Shown here: in pieces, positions 26,134 to 38,639 of the stretch | Layout: every line of letters starts with the position of its first letter | Numbering within the stretch: the first letter of the stretch is position 1 | Notes under the pieces: generated by a model | What the model saw: the letters and a program-made list of their open reading frames with translations, nothing else | What the model was told of the DNA's origin: nothing | Databases searched by the model: none | Translations under genes and position numbers: made by a program | From: Escherichia coli | Lineage (GTDB): Bacteria; Pseudomonadota; Gammaproteobacteria; Enterobacterales; Enterobacteriaceae | NCBI RefSeq assembly: GCF_011045215.1 | Contig: NZ_CP049201.1 | Direction: 5' to 3' (one strand) | Length of the DNA: 64,000 bases

Positions 26134-26268
26134 TGCTTTCTCCACCGGTTGGCTAAGACGTTTTCTGATAAAGACGCTATTTTGTCACAGCCACGGCGAG
26201 AATGAACCCGTCTGGTGTAATATCGCTGGCGATCCCTTGCTATATGGTTAAAAAAGGAACCAGAAAGG

Positions 26269-27048
26269 ATGCTTTTTACACTGAAAAAAGTGATTGGCAA
26301 TATGTTGCTACCACTTCCGCTGATGTTGTTAATTATTGGCGCTGGCCTGGCGCTGCTGTGGTTTAGCCGTTTTCAAAAAACCGGGAAGATTTTTATTAGC
26401 ATTGGGTGGCTGGCACTCTTGTTATTGAGTTTGCAACCGGTAGCCGACCGCCTGCTGCGTCCCATCGAAAGCACCTATCCGACATGGAATAATTCGCAAA
26501 AAGTGGACTATATCGTGGTGCTCGGAGGTGGTTATACCTGGAACCCGCAGTGGGCACCGAGCTCTAATTTAATCAATAACAGTCTGCCACGCCTGAATGA
26601 GGGTATCCGTTTATGGCGCGAAAATCCGGGTTCAAAACTGATCTTCACGGGAGGCGTAGCAATAACCAATACGGTGAGTACAGCGGAAGTAGGTGCCAGA
26701 GTTGCGCAATCGCTGGGCGTGCCGCGCGAGCAAATTATCACCCTGGATTTGCCAAAAGATACCGAAGAAGAAGCTGCGGCAGTGAAACAGGCGATTGGTG
26801 ACGCCCCTTTCCTGCTGGTGACCTCCGCATCACATCTGCCGCGGGCGATGATCTTTTTTCAGCAGGAAGGGTTAAATCCGCTACCAGCCCCGGCGAATCA
26901 GTTGGCCATCGACTCGCCGCTTAACCCGTGGGAACGGGCAATCCCTTCTCCGGTCTGGTTGATGCATAGCGATCGTGTTGGCTATGAAACGCTTGGCCGC
27001 ATCTGGCAGTGGCTGAAAGGTCCGTCAGGCGAGCCACGGCAAGAGTGA
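26269..27048 (+). CDS. elyC: Envelope biogenesis factor ElyC (YcbC, DUF218), 259 aa
   Basis: ORF track 259 aa; N-terminal TM segments. Confidence 0.88.
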   Translation: MLFTLKKVIGNMLLPLPLMLLIIGAGLALLWFSRFQKTGKIFISIGWLALLLLSLQPVADRLLRPIESTYPTWNNSQKVDYIVVLGGGYTWNPQWAPSSNLINNSLPRLNEGIRLWRENPGSKLIFTGGVAITNTVSTAEVGARVAQSLGVPREQIITLDLPKDTEEEAAAVKQAIGDAPFLLVTSASHLPRAMIFFQQEGLNPLPAPANQLAIDSPLNPWERAIPSPVWLMHSDRVGYETLGRIWQWLKGPSGEPRQE

Positions 27049-27918
27049 TTTTGATGCCAGATCGAAGTTGCGCCGACTAAATCGTCCGGTATTAACCAGT
27101 TGCGCAACTTCATCCCATAACACATACAACCAACGCCGCCAGATGAACGACTCCGCCACTGGCGCGCGTTGCAGGTAACTCCAGAGCAAATCTTCCGCCA
27201 GAGAATTATCCATTAGTCGGAACAGTTCGTATTCCCGCGGTGCCCAAAGCATTAGTCCCGGCCCGACCATCGCCAGTAACTGATCGCTGCGCGAATCTTT
27301 CAGCATGCTGCGTAAACAGAAGTTACCGTGAATCAACACACAATTGTCGTTAAAGCCTTCAAATAATGCCGGGAGACATTCGCGAGTGCGAAACAGGATC
27401 CGCTTATCCTGCATCGTCAGACCGGTGTTATTGAACTGATTGAGCGTGGTCCATAGCACTTCAACATGTTGCCGGTACCATGAGGGCCAGAAATTTTCCT
27501 GAGTATTGTCGACCGCGCCGACGCAACCGCGACTGTCCTGACGGTGCCAGGCCAGTAAGGCTTCAACGATTTGGTCTTTGAGCTGTTCCCAGCGTTCTGG
27601 TGTTCGGGCTGGTGCCTCCACCGAAACACCACGCATCCGCTCCAGTAGCAGGACATCAGGGCCGGGGTGTTCTTCATGCGTCATCACACCATAAATAGTC
27701 GGCATACGGACAGTCCCACTTCTTGCCAGCATGGTGGTTTTCCATGCCAGTTGTCGGGCTTTTCCGGGCGTACTAAAGCTTCTTGCCATTAACGGCATTG
27801 GGTTTCCCTGGCTGTCATACAAAGCCCACAACGCCGTATCCGCTTTTTCATTGACGCACTCAATACGACTGAGTTTTTCGCCCAGTAAATGGCTTAATTC
27901 GGCACGCAGCTGTTCCAT
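27025..27918 (-). CDS. ycbJ: Putative phosphotransferase/kinase-like protein YcbJ, 297 aa
   Basis: ORF track 297 aa; aminoglycoside-phosphotransferase-like composition; length matches recalled YcbJ. Confidence 0.8.
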   Translation of the reverse strand: MEQLRAELSHLLGEKLSRIECVNEKADTALWALYDSQGNPMPLMARSFSTPGKARQLAWKTTMLARSGTVRMPTIYGVMTHEEHPGPDVLLLERMRGVSVEAPARTPERWEQLKDQIVEALLAWHRQDSRGCVGAVDNTQENFWPSWYRQHVEVLWTTLNQFNNTGLTMQDKRILFRTRECLPALFEGFNDNCVLIHGNFCLRSMLKDSRSDQLLAMVGPGLMLWAPREYELFRLMDNSLAEDLLWSYLQRAPVAESFIWRRWLYVLWDEVAQLVNTGRFSRRNFDLASKSLLPWLA

Positions 27919-28071
27919 TCAGATTACCCTCATAAAAGCTACTGCTTTCATAATGAGCGCCAATATAAAAGATGTCACCTGAATGAGATCAATTGTTGAA
28001 AAGAAAAATTGAGGAAAATCGTAACGGTACGACACTCCTCCCAAAATTGGCTGAAGTGTCGTGAAGTGAAA

Positions 28072-28997
<926 letters not shown>

Positions 28998-29048
28998 AGT
29001 TCCTCCAGATGGATCGGGTTATGAATGCATAAATCTTATCATAATCAT

Positions 29049-30281
29049 TTATGCGACGGGGTCTATTTCCCAGCCGGTGCGGCAATCCGTAAAGAGACCT
29101 TGCGGGCAGTGTCCTAATGTCACCCGCGTTGCCTGCTGCCAGTTAGCGAAATCAGTAATCGCCTGACGTAACCCTTTTTGCAGCGTTGTCGTTGGTTTAA
29201 TACCTTCCTGTAACCACAGAGAGATAACTTCAAGGATGCCTGTCTGGCGATGCATTTTGGCATCCATTCGCCCAACTAATTGCCCACGATGTAATAACGG
29301 CAGAACAAAATAGCCATACTGGCGTTTCGGCGCTGGGGTATAGCACTCCAGCCGGTAGCTAAAATCAAAAAGCTGCTCTGCGCGTTTGCGATCCCAGACA
29401 ACAGGATCAAAAGGCGAAAGTACCGCGCTGTGCGTTGCAGTGAGCTTTCCGGCCAGCGCTCGCTCGAGTAGCGGCAGCAAATCAGCATGCAGCCAAAGAT
29501 TGCCCAATTTTTCAACATGCACAGCAATGATTTGCTGCTGTTCAGCCCTCGCTTCACGCCACGCCGCCAGTGCCGGACGTTTCAGCCGATAGTAATCTGC
29601 CAGCCACTGTTCGCGGAATATTCCCAGGCTACGCGCACTATTATCCAGCATGATGATTTCTGCTTCTGTTTGCGAAACGAGATCGCGCTCATCATCCCAG
29701 TCAGGCATGACACGGTGGGTTAAATCATAAACGCGCTGGAAGTTGCGCCGTTCAATCACCATCACCTTTCCGGCAGTAAATAAACCTTCCAGATGCCGTT
29801 TATGCGGCTTCCATTCCCACCAGCCGCTTGCACCTTTACGAGGATGCTCAAAATCGGCTGAACGTACCGGCCCCTTATCATGAATATGCTGAATTAACTG
29901 TGCAATTTCCGCCTCATGTTCCTGCATCCAGGCGTCTTTGTATTTCCAGCCCATTTTTTCAGGTGCCAGCATGCGGTGGCGAATAAGACGAAAGTCGCTG
30001 CGTGGCATAAAGCAGGCTTCATGCGCCCAGTATTCCATTAATTCGCCACGCGCCAGAGACTCATCCAGCCACTGGGCAGGATAATTTCCCAGACGACTGA
30101 AAAGCACCAGATATGGGCTACGGGCAACAATATTGATGGTATCGATTTGCAGCAAGGACATGCGGGAGATCGTTGCCGGAATATCCTCCAACGACGCTCG
30201 ACGGCGTGGTTTGTTTAACAGGCCTTGCGCGGCAAGGTGAAGATTACGCGCATCAGCAAGGGAGAGGTGCGGCAGCGACAT
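29049..30281 (-). CDS. ycaQ: Winged-helix DNA glycosylase family protein YcaQ, 410 aa
   Basis: ORF track 410 aa; length and position match recalled YcaQ. Confidence 0.85.
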   Translation of the reverse strand: MSLPHLSLADARNLHLAAQGLLNKPRRRASLEDIPATISRMSLLQIDTINIVARSPYLVLFSRLGNYPAQWLDESLARGELMEYWAHEACFMPRSDFRLIRHRMLAPEKMGWKYKDAWMQEHEAEIAQLIQHIHDKGPVRSADFEHPRKGASGWWEWKPHKRHLEGLFTAGKVMVIERRNFQRVYDLTHRVMPDWDDERDLVSQTEAEIIMLDNSARSLGIFREQWLADYYRLKRPALAAWREARAEQQQIIAVHVEKLGNLWLHADLLPLLERALAGKLTATHSAVLSPFDPVVWDRKRAEQLFDFSYRLECYTPAPKRQYGYFVLPLLHRGQLVGRMDAKMHRQTGILEVISLWLQEGIKPTTTLQKGLRQAITDFANWQQATRVTLGHCPQGLFTDCRTGWEIDPVA

Positions 30282-30317
30282 TCATGACTCCATCAATCGA
30301 ACGCTGCCGCGGCGTAA

Positions 30318-31304
30318 CTAGTTGCCAGAAGCCAGCGAGGTTAGTTGCGCAAGCAGTTTCGCTGGTTCATCACCTGAAAGCTGTGCGTCTACAGGCAAAT
30401 ACCACCAATTTTCTTCTGCAAAGGCCCGGCATTTCACCGCATCTTTTTCAGTCATTACCAGCGTTTGCCCGGCGCTTACCAACGCACTGACATCCGCATG
30501 GTTCAAAGACTGATGATCGGCCAGCGGTACACATTTTTCCGGTTGTACGCCGCACATCTTCAGCGTGGCAAAAAAGCGCGGCGGATGCCCAATCCCTGCC
30601 ATCGCCACCACATGTTCAAGCTGAGCAACGTCACAACGCGTACCGGTACGTAAATTCACCGCCTGACCCGGCAGCAGATGCATGGGGATTTCACCGCTGC
30701 GGGGGACACCGCCGTTGACGATTACCGCATCAACTGACTTTAAGCGCCCCGCTCGCTCACGCATTGGCCCCGCCGGCAACCACCAGCCATTGCCAAAGCG
30801 ACGCACACCATCAATAACGACAATTTCCACATCACGCGCCAGACGGTAATGCTGTAAACCGTCGTCGGTTACGATGATCTGCACATCAGGGTGTTGCGCC
30901 AGAATGGCTTTTACCGCATCAGAACGAACGGGAGAAACCGCAACAGGCGCATCAGTGCGTTGATAAATCAACACAGGTTCATCACCCGCCTGTGCTGTGG
31001 TGGTATCTGCCGACAATAACAGCGGATAAGATTCAGCCTTACCACCATATCCCCGCGATACGACCCCCACGCGAATACCGCACTGTTGCAACTGTTCCAC
31101 CAGCCAGACAACGACCGGGGTTTTTCCGTTGCCGCCTGCGGTGAGATTACCAACCACGACAACCGGTACGGGGGCACGCCAGGCGCGCTTCAGTTTTAGT
31201 TTATAGCAAAGACGGATCGCGCCACTCACCAGGCCATACAACCAGGAGAGTGGCAGCAATAGCCGCCACAAAGGGGATTCACCAGACCAGATTTTTTCGA
31301 TCAT
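30318..31304 (-). CDS. lpxK: Tetraacyldisaccharide 4'-kinase, 328 aa
   Basis: ORF track 328 aa; P-loop [12 protein letters not shown]. Confidence 0.95.
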   Translation of the reverse strand: MIEKIWSGESPLWRLLLPLSWLYGLVSGAIRLCYKLKLKRAWRAPVPVVVVGNLTAGGNGKTPVVVWLVEQLQQCGIRVGVVSRGYGGKAESYPLLLSADTTTAQAGDEPVLIYQRTDAPVAVSPVRSDAVKAILAQHPDVQIIVTDDGLQHYRLARDVEIVVIDGVRRFGNGWWLPAGPMRERAGRLKSVDAVIVNGGVPRSGEIPMHLLPGQAVNLRTGTRCDVAQLEHVVAMAGIGHPPRFFATLKMCGVQPEKCVPLADHQSLNHADVSALVSAGQTLVMTEKDAVKCRAFAEENWWYLPVDAQLSGDEPAKLLAQLTSLASGN

Positions 31305-33049
31305 TGGCCAAACTGCATTTTGTGAAGTTGCGCGTAAACGCCGCGGTGCTCAAGCAAATCGTTATGCGTACCGCGTTCCACAATGACACCATCCTCAACG
31401 ACCACGATTTCGTCTGCCTTTTCAATGGTAGACAAGCGGTGGGCAATCACCAGAGAGGTACGGTTTTTCTGCAACTCATCCAGTGCCGCCTGAATCGCAC
31501 GTTCGGATTCGGTATCCAGAGCCGAGGTAGCTTCATCCAGAATCAGAATCGGGCTATCACGCAGCAAGGCTCGAGCGATAGCAATACGCTGACGCTGACC
31601 GCCAGAGAGCAGCACGCCGTTTTCACCAATCACTGTATCGAGACCGTTATCCATCTTATTGATGAAGTCCATGGCGTAGGCCATACGCGCCGCTTCTTCA
31701 ATTTGCTCACGGCTGTACTGTTCAGTCCGTGCGTACGCAATGTTGTTAGCAACCGTATCGTTAAACAGATGGACATTCTGCGACACCAGAGCAACCTGGT
31801 TACGTAACGACGCCAGGGTATACTCGCGCAGATCGTGACCATCCATCAGGATTTCGCCTTCATCAATATCGTAAAAACGCGTGATCAGGCTGGCGATGGT
31901 TGATTTACCTGAACCAGAGCGTCCAACCAGAGCAACCGTCTTCCCTGCCGGAATTTTCAGGTTGATGTTACGCAAGGCGGGTACGTCACGTCCCGGATAA
32001 GTAAAGGTGACATTGCGGAATTCCACGTCGCCAGTCGCACGCTCGAGCACGCGCTTACCTTCGTCTTTCTCCTGCTCACTGTCCAGAATGGTAAACAGCG
32101 TCTGACAAGCCGCCATACCGCGCTGGAACTGGGCGTTAACGTTGGTCAGCGATTTCAGCGGACGCATAAGTGCAATCATTGAAGAGAAAACAACGGTAAT
32201 CGTACCGGCAGTCAGGCTATCCATGACACTTGGGAAGCTCGCCGCATACAGAACAAACGCCAGCGCCAAAGAGGCGATCAACTGAATGATCGGATCAGAG
32301 ATGGAAGAGGCTGAAACCATTTTCATCCCCTGAAGACGCATTCGGTTACTGACTTTATCGAAGCGTTTCGTTTCCACTTCCTGACCACCGAAAATCAATA
32401 CTTCTTTGTGGCCCTTCAGCATTTGTTCTGCGCTGGTGGTCACCTGCCCCATGGTGTTCTGCATGTTTTTACTGATGTTGCGAAAACGCTTCGATACAAC
32501 GCGAATCGCAATCGAAACAATCGGTGCCAGCACAATCAAAATGATCGACAGTTGCCAACTGTAATAGAACATCATGATGAACAGGCCGATGATCGACGCA
32601 CCTTCACGCACAACAGTAATCAGTGCGCCGGAAGAAGAAGAAGCAACCTGTTCGGAATCGTAGGTAATACGTGACAACAGCGTACCCGTTGACTGTTTGT
32701 CAAAGAATGAAACTGGCATTCCCATCATGTGACCAAACAGGCGGCGACGCATGGTCATTACCACCTTTCCTGATACCCAGGAGATACAGTAGCTGGAGAC
32801 ATAGCTGGTGATACCACGTAAAATCATCAGTCCGATCACCACCAGCGGCATCCACACCAGCACGGAGCGATCTGTTTTACCAAAGCCATCATCAAGAAGT
32901 GGCTTAAGGAGCGATAACATGAAGGTATCGCTGGCTGCGTTGAGGATTAACGCTACGCCCGCCACGATCAGACCCGCTTTAAAAGGCGCAATGGTTGGCC
33001 ACAGTCGGCGGAACGTCTGCCACGTAGAGAGATCTTTGTCGTTATGCAT
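31301..33049 (-). CDS. msbA: Lipid A/LPS flippase ABC transporter MsbA, 582 aa
   Basis: ORF track 582 aa; Walker [10 protein letters not shown], signature LSGGQRQR; 4-bp overlap with lpxK. Confidence 0.96.
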   Translation of the reverse strand: MHNDKDLSTWQTFRRLWPTIAPFKAGLIVAGVALILNAASDTFMLSLLKPLLDDGFGKTDRSVLVWMPLVVIGLMILRGITSYVSSYCISWVSGKVVMTMRRRLFGHMMGMPVSFFDKQSTGTLLSRITYDSEQVASSSSGALITVVREGASIIGLFIMMFYYSWQLSIILIVLAPIVSIAIRVVSKRFRNISKNMQNTMGQVTTSAEQMLKGHKEVLIFGGQEVETKRFDKVSNRMRLQGMKMVSASSISDPIIQLIASLALAFVLYAASFPSVMDSLTAGTITVVFSSMIALMRPLKSLTNVNAQFQRGMAACQTLFTILDSEQEKDEGKRVLERATGDVEFRNVTFTYPGRDVPALRNINLKIPAGKTVALVGRSGSGKSTIASLITRFYDIDEGEILMDGHDLREYTLASLRNQVALVSQNVHLFNDTVANNIAYARTEQYSREQIEEAARMAYAMDFINKMDNGLDTVIGENGVLLSGGQRQRIAIARALLRDSPILILDEATSALDTESERAIQAALDELQKNRTSLVIAHRLSTIEKADEIVVVEDGVIVERGTHNDLLEHRGVYAQLHKMQFGQ

Positions 33050-33085
33050 TCAAAAAACCAGCATTTGTTGAAATAGCCGCATATT

Positions 33086-35350
33086 CTACCCGTTATCCAC
33101 TGGCACGCCAAACCACTGATGATACCAACGAGGTAAAATTTGCTCCCTGAGGCTGCTAATCCGCCAGCCTTGTGCTGAAAAATTGACCGTTAGTTGCCCC
33201 TGATGAGGAGTATCAAGCCACGTATAACCCTGTTGTTGATAGCGATGCTTAACTTTGTTAGAGGGCAGTCGCCATGCGTTATAGCGCGATGCCGATGCGA
33301 GTGCCACTTTTCCATTCACTCGCTGAATTAATGGCAACGATGATGAGGTATTACTGCCATGGTGAGGTACCTGAAGCAATGTTGCCTGCACTTGCTGCCA
33401 GTAACGGCTTAGCATCTTTTGTTCAGCGGGGACTTCAATATCACCGGTTAGAAGAATGCTATTCGTCCCGTCATCAACCTTAACCACACAGGAATGGTTA
33501 TTTCCTTTATCGTTGCTAGCTTGTAAAGGCCAGTGCACGCTGAAACGCAATCCTTGCCATTGCCACGCTTCGCCACGCACACAGGGCTGATGATGTTCCC
33601 AGTTTAACGGACTTCTGATCCATAACATCGGCCATGTGTGCAATATTGAGTCCAGCCCTCCCCGGTGATCCAGATGTTCATGACTCAGAATAACGCCTTC
33701 CGGTTCAAGATTATGCCAGTGGAGCCAGGGGATAATCAGTTGTTGCCCACTATCCCCTTCAGGCCAGGCCAGTCCCGTGTCATAGAGAATCGCTTTGCCG
33801 TTTCTGGCTATCACCATTGCCAGCCCTTGCCCGACATCAAGCATGTACACTTGCCACTCGTCAGGTCGAGGTTTTTGCCACAGCGGCCAGCACATCAGCA
33901 AGCCTACAGCCACACACATTGCTGGCAACGTTCGCCAGGCGTTTAATCGCCATACCACCAGTAAGAACCATGGGGAAAATGATAGCCATTGCCAACGTTC
34001 AGCAATGTTGATCCACCCTTCTGGCAAACTCTTTAACCCCCAGAAAAGTAAAGCCAAAGACCGGTCGGCAAGAAACCATAACCCTTGCTCCAGGATTAAC
34101 GGCCCGCTTGAATGCACAACCATCGCGGCGAGGATCAACGGAACCGTGATAAATGTCACCAAGGGAATTGCTAATAGATTTGCAATAAACGAGGTCAGAC
34201 TAATGCCATGAAATATGACGATTTGCACGGGCATAAGCAGAAGTGTGATTCCCAGTTGCAGATGGATGAGGGAAACAACTGCACGCAATACCGGCGGCAG
34301 TTGCCACTCAGGACAGGGAAACCACTGATACCAAAATATCAATGCCGCGACCGCAGCGGCAGAGAGCCATAAACTTTGCGAGAGAATGGCAACAGGATCC
34401 ATCAGCAAAATTGCCGCCAGACAACATATCCATACATCCCAGCCACTCCACTGTCGCCCACTTAACTTAAGCATTCCCCACGTAGCAAGCGCCACAACGG
34501 TACGCAATGCAGGAGGTTGCATTCCCGTCAGCCAGGCATAAAAAGCAGCACAGCAGATTCCGCCAATTAATGGCATTTGCCAGTGGATCCAGCGCCCAGG
34601 CAGAAAAATTTGTCCACTGCGAATGAGTCCGGCAGCCAGCAACGCCGCAAAAGCGATGTGCAATCCCGATATCGCCATTAAATGCGCCGTTCCAGTATCA
34701 CGCATGATATTTTTGATTTCTTTAGGGACGGATAACCGTTCCCCCATACCTAAACCAAGAATAACCGCATTCCACGGATAGGGTTGCAGCGTTGTTTGTA
34801 GTGACGCCAGATACTGTGCACGCAGGCTACAATTCGGTTCAATAACACTTGCCTGCAGAAAGCGGCCGGTGAGCGGCTGATGCTGGGCAATGGCATAACG
34901 CTGGCTATCAAAGCCGCCATCATTAAGTTGACCATGAACGGCACGAACTTTGAGTTTCATTGACCACAGTTGTCCGGCACAAACCGCTTGCGGAAGATAT
35001 TCGCCATACAGCACAAGGCCTGGCGCAGGGAATATACGTCGACCTTGTAGATGAGTAATTTGACCGTAATGAGTGGTCATGCCGTCAGTTGCAGTGATCT
35101 CAACAATTGCATCCTGCGTCGCGCCAGTTAAGGTTTCTCCTGCCCACAAAATTTGCTTTGCCGCTAATATACCCCAAATGAAAAACAGCAACGTCAGCGC
35201 GATATAACGTACGGTTTTAACAGGGATAAATGCCAGTACGCAGGCGAAGAGAGTCAGAAACGCAAGGGTTAATGTCCCAGGCAAATGGGGCAAAAGCAGC
35301 AACGGAAAAATTCCGCTAATTATGCATACGCCGACTGTCGTTATTTTCAT
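33086..35350 (-). CDS. ycaI: ComEC/Rec2-family inner-membrane protein with C-terminal metallo-beta-lactamase domain, ~754 aa
   Basis: ORF track frame 33086..35380; polytopic N-terminal region and motif SHEHLDHRGG near C-terminus. Confidence 0.9.
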   Translation of the reverse strand: MKITTVGVCIISGIFPLLLLPHLPGTLTLAFLTLFACVLAFIPVKTVRYIALTLLFFIWGILAAKQILWAGETLTGATQDAIVEITATDGMTTHYGQITHLQGRRIFPAPGLVLYGEYLPQAVCAGQLWSMKLKVRAVHGQLNDGGFDSQRYAIAQHQPLTGRFLQASVIEPNCSLRAQYLASLQTTLQPYPWNAVILGLGMGERLSVPKEIKNIMRDTGTAHLMAISGLHIAFAALLAAGLIRSGQIFLPGRWIHWQMPLIGGICCAAFYAWLTGMQPPALRTVVALATWGMLKLSGRQWSGWDVWICCLAAILLMDPVAILSQSLWLSAAAVAALIFWYQWFPCPEWQLPPVLRAVVSLIHLQLGITLLLMPVQIVIFHGISLTSFIANLLAIPLVTFITVPLILAAMVVHSSGPLILEQGLWFLADRSLALLFWGLKSLPEGWINIAERWQWLSFSPWFLLVVWRLNAWRTLPAMCVAVGLLMCWPLWQKPRPDEWQVYMLDVGQGLAMVIARNGKAILYDTGLAWPEGDSGQQLIIPWLHWHNLEPEGVILSHEHLDHRGGLDSILHTWPMLWIRSPLNWEHHQPCVRGEAWQWQGLRFSVHWPLQASNDKGNNHSCVVKVDDGTNSILLTGDIEVPAEQKMLSRYWQQVQATLLQVPHHGSNTSSSLPLIQRVNGKVALASASRYNAWRLPSNKVKHRYQQQGYTWLDTPHQGQLTVNFSAQGWRISSLREQILPRWYHQWFGVPVDNG

Positions 35351-35503
35351 GCACCCCTCCCTGTTTATGGAAGTGTGCAATTTTGTTGAGCGGTTGTCTG
35401 GTGGGAATTTTGCGTTCCCCGAGGCACGTTCAGAAGAATTTAACGAGAGGGTGAAAACTGCTCAAAACTCTGCGAGGCAGCTTCCAGTTCCAGATTAGAT
35501 AAA

Positions 35504-35531
35504 TGAAAAAAGCACCCGACAGGTGCTTTTC
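35504..35531 (-). terminator. Rho-independent terminator downstream of ihfB
   Basis: agcacccgacaggtgct hairpin flanked by A-run (plus) giving T-run on minus strand. Confidence 0.8.
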
Positions 35532-35555
35532 TCTCGTTCAAGTTTGAGTAAAAAC

Positions 35556-35840
35556 TTAACCGTAAATATTGGCGCGATCGCGCAGTTCTTTACCAGGTTT
35601 AAAGTGAGGAACGTATTTTCCTTCCAGTTCTACTTTATCGCCAGTCTTCGGATTACGTCCGGTACGTGGTGCGCGGTAGTGCAAAGAGAAACTGCCGAAA
35701 CCGCGGATTTCAATACGCTCGCCCTGCGCAAGAGTCGAGGCCATATGCTCCAGCATCTCTTTTACTGCATCTTCAACCGTCTTGGCGGGAATGTGCGATT
35801 GCTGGGTGGCAAGTCTTTCTATCAATTCTGACTTGGTCAT
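35556..35840 (-). CDS. ihfB: Integration host factor beta subunit, 94 aa
   Basis: ORF track 94 aa; sequence [94 protein letters not shown]. Confidence 0.98.
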
Positions 35841-35889
35841 GATTCCTCCGGTTCCTTAAAGGCAAATTAAGCGGCTGCTGTTGCTGCAT

Positions 35890-35920
35890 TGATTAAGGGC
35901 GGCCGTAGCCGCCCTTAGTG
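35890..35920 (-). terminator. Stem-loop after rpsA (weak terminator allowing read-through into ihfB)
   Basis: aagggcggccgtagccgccctt perfect hairpin; no strong T-run. Confidence 0.5.
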
Positions 35921-35999
35921 CTTGATTACAGGACGAAACCTGCAATCTGTCAAGTAAACTCAACAAACTTCGGAATAAAAATCCCGAAGAGTCAGAGAA

Positions 36000-37673
36000 T
36001 TACTCGCCTTTAGCTGCTTTGAAAGCTTCAGCCATTGCGTTGTTGGAGAAGTTTGCATCTTCCTGTTTGTTAACAGTTGCGATTGCATCTTTCTCGTCAG
36101 CTTCGTCTTTCGCACGAACAGACAGGCTGATTGCACGGTTTTTACGATCAACGCCGGTGAATTTAGCTTCAACTTCGTCGCCAACGCTCAGAACCAGGGT
36201 AGCGTCTTCAACGCGGTCACGGGATGCTTCAGAAGCACGCAGGTAACCTTCAACGCCGTCAGCCAGTTCTACGGTTGCGCCTTTAGCGTCAACTGCAGTT
36301 ACTTTACCGGTTACGATAGCGCCTTTCTTGTTCAGAGCAACCCAGTTGTTGAACGGATCTTCTGCGAGCTGTTTAACGCCCAGGGAGATACGTTCACGTT
36401 CTGCGTCAACCTGCAGAACAACTGCAGCGATTTCGTCGCCTTTTTTGTATTCACGAACTGCTTCTTCGCCTGCAACGTTCCAGGAGATGTCAGACAGGTG
36501 AACCAGGCCGTCGATGCCGCCGTCCAGGCCGATGAAGATACCGAAGTCAGTGATAGACTTGATTTTACCTTCAACACGGTCGCCCTTGTTGTGGGTTTCC
36601 GCGAACTGCTGCCACGGGTTAGCTTTGCACTGTTTCAGACCCAGGGAGATACGACGACGTTCTTCGTCGATATCCAGAACCATAACTTCCACTACATCGC
36701 CAACGTTAACAACTTTGGACGGGTGGATGTTTTTGTTGGTCCAATCCATTTCGGAAACGTGTACCAGGCCTTCAACGCCTTCTTCGATTTCAACGAAGCA
36801 GCCGTAGTCGGTCAGGTTGGTCACGCGACCAGTCAGTTTGGTACCTTCCGGATAACGTTTAGCGATAGCTACCCACGGATCTTCGCCCAGCTGTTTCAGG
36901 CCCAGGGATACACGGGTACGTTCGCGGTCGAACTTCAGCACTTTAACAGTGATTTCGTCGCCCACGTTGACGATTTCGCTCGGATGCTTAACGCGTTTCC
37001 AGGCCATGTCAGTGATGTGCAGCAGGCCGTCAACGCCGCCCAGATCAACGAATGCACCGTAGTCAGTGAGGTTCTTAACGATACCTTTAACTTCCATGCC
37101 TTCCTGCAGGTTTTCCAGCAGCTGATCGCGCTCTGCGCTGTTTTCGGATTCGATAACGGCACGACGAGAAACAACAACGTTGTTGCGCTTCTGATCCAGC
37201 TTGATTACTTTAAATTCAAGCTCTTTGCCTTCCAGGTGCAGAGTGTCACGCACCGGACGAACGTCTACCAGAGAACCTGGCAGGAACGCACGAATACCGT
37301 TCAGCTCAACAGTGAAGCCGCCCTTAACTTTGCCGTTGATAACACCGGTAACAGTTTCAGCATCTTCGTAAGCTTTTTCCAGCGTGATCCAGGCTTCGTG
37401 ACGTTTAGCTTTCTCACGGGACAGCAGAGTTTCACCGAAGCCGTCTTCTACTGCGTCCAGAGCAACGTCAACTTCGTCACCTACCTGGATTTCCAGCTCG
37501 CCCTGGGCGTTTTTGAACTGCTCAGCCGGGATGGCGGACTCAGATTTCAGACCAGCGTCAACCAGTACTACGTCTTTGTCGATAGCAACAACAACGCCAC
37601 GAACGATAGAACCCGGGCGGGTTTCGATTTCTTTTAAGGACTCTTCAAAGAGTTGAGCAAAAGATTCAGTCAT
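36000..37673 (-). CDS. rpsA: 30S ribosomal protein S1, 557 aa
   Basis: ORF track 557 aa; N-terminus [26 protein letters not shown]; six S1 repeats. Confidence 0.98.
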
Positions 37674-37783
37674 GTTTAATCTTCAGGTTTATATTTAACG
37701 TCCACCTGGCTCCATGCCGGATGGGGTTGTTTAACATACCCGCTGTCATTCCATTGCAACGGGGGTACTGCAAATTCGGTCGC
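37674..37783 (-). promoter_or_regulatory. rpsA leader / translational autoregulatory region (no canonical Shine-Dalgarno)
   Basis: Region immediately upstream of rpsA ATG lacks GGAGG-like SD and is AU-rich with short GC stems; assignment from known S1 autoregulation. Confidence 0.45.
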
Positions 37784-38467
37784 TTATGCGAGAGCCAATT
37801 TCTGGCGCGCGTATTGTAGCGCTTTTTCAATCACTTGCTCAATGCTTAAGGTGGTGGAATCCAACACTAAAGCATCGGCTGCCGGAACCAGTGGCGCTAC
37901 CGCTCGGTTACGATCGCGGTCGTCGCGTTCTTTGATCTCGGCCAAAAGGCGCTCAAAGTTAACACTAAAGCCCTTCTCCTGCAACTGTAGCATGCGGCGA
38001 TGCGCACGTTCTTCCGAGGAGGCGTCAAGGAAAATTTTCACTGGCGCATCAGGGAATACCACCGTTCCCATGTCGCGGCCATCGGCAATCAGGCCTGGTA
38101 ATTCGCGAAACGCGCGTTGGCGACGCAATAATGCTTCACGAACGCGTGGGAATGCCGCGACTTGTGAAGCTGCATTCGCCACTTCCTGAGTACGAATTTC
38201 GCCGCTGACATCTTCCCCTTCGAGGATCACTTCCAGATTGCCATTGGTTGACACAAAACGTACATCCAGATGGGATGCCAGCGGCACCAGCGCATCTTCC
38301 GATGCAACATCAACATGGTGATGTAATGCCGCTAGTGCCAGTACGCGATAAATTGCACCCGAATCCAGCAGATGCCATTGCAACGCTTCCGCCATAGCCT
38401 TACACAAGGTGCCTTTCCCTGCACCGCTTGGGCCATCAATGGTAATAACCGGGGCAATTGCCGTCAT
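37784..38467 (-). CDS. cmk: Cytidylate kinase, 227 aa
   Basis: ORF track 227 aa; P-loop GPSGAGKGT. Confidence 0.96.
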
Positions 38468-38639
38468 CTTTATCTCCTTAAAACAGGCGTACCGTTAACA
38501 TAACCGCGCGCATTATACGCGCCGACGCCACAAATCGTTAACGTTGTGTGCAAAAACCAGTTTTGTCTGTATTCAGATGGGGATTTATTGCGCAATTATA
38601 GCGGGCTGGCAGAAGACCAGCCCGAAAGATGACAATGAT

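Noticed and set aside
36498-37637. 379-aa ORF on plus strand antisense to rpsA
   Set aside because: Entirely inside the highly conserved S1 gene; low-complexity translation; explained by codon bias of a highly expressed gene.
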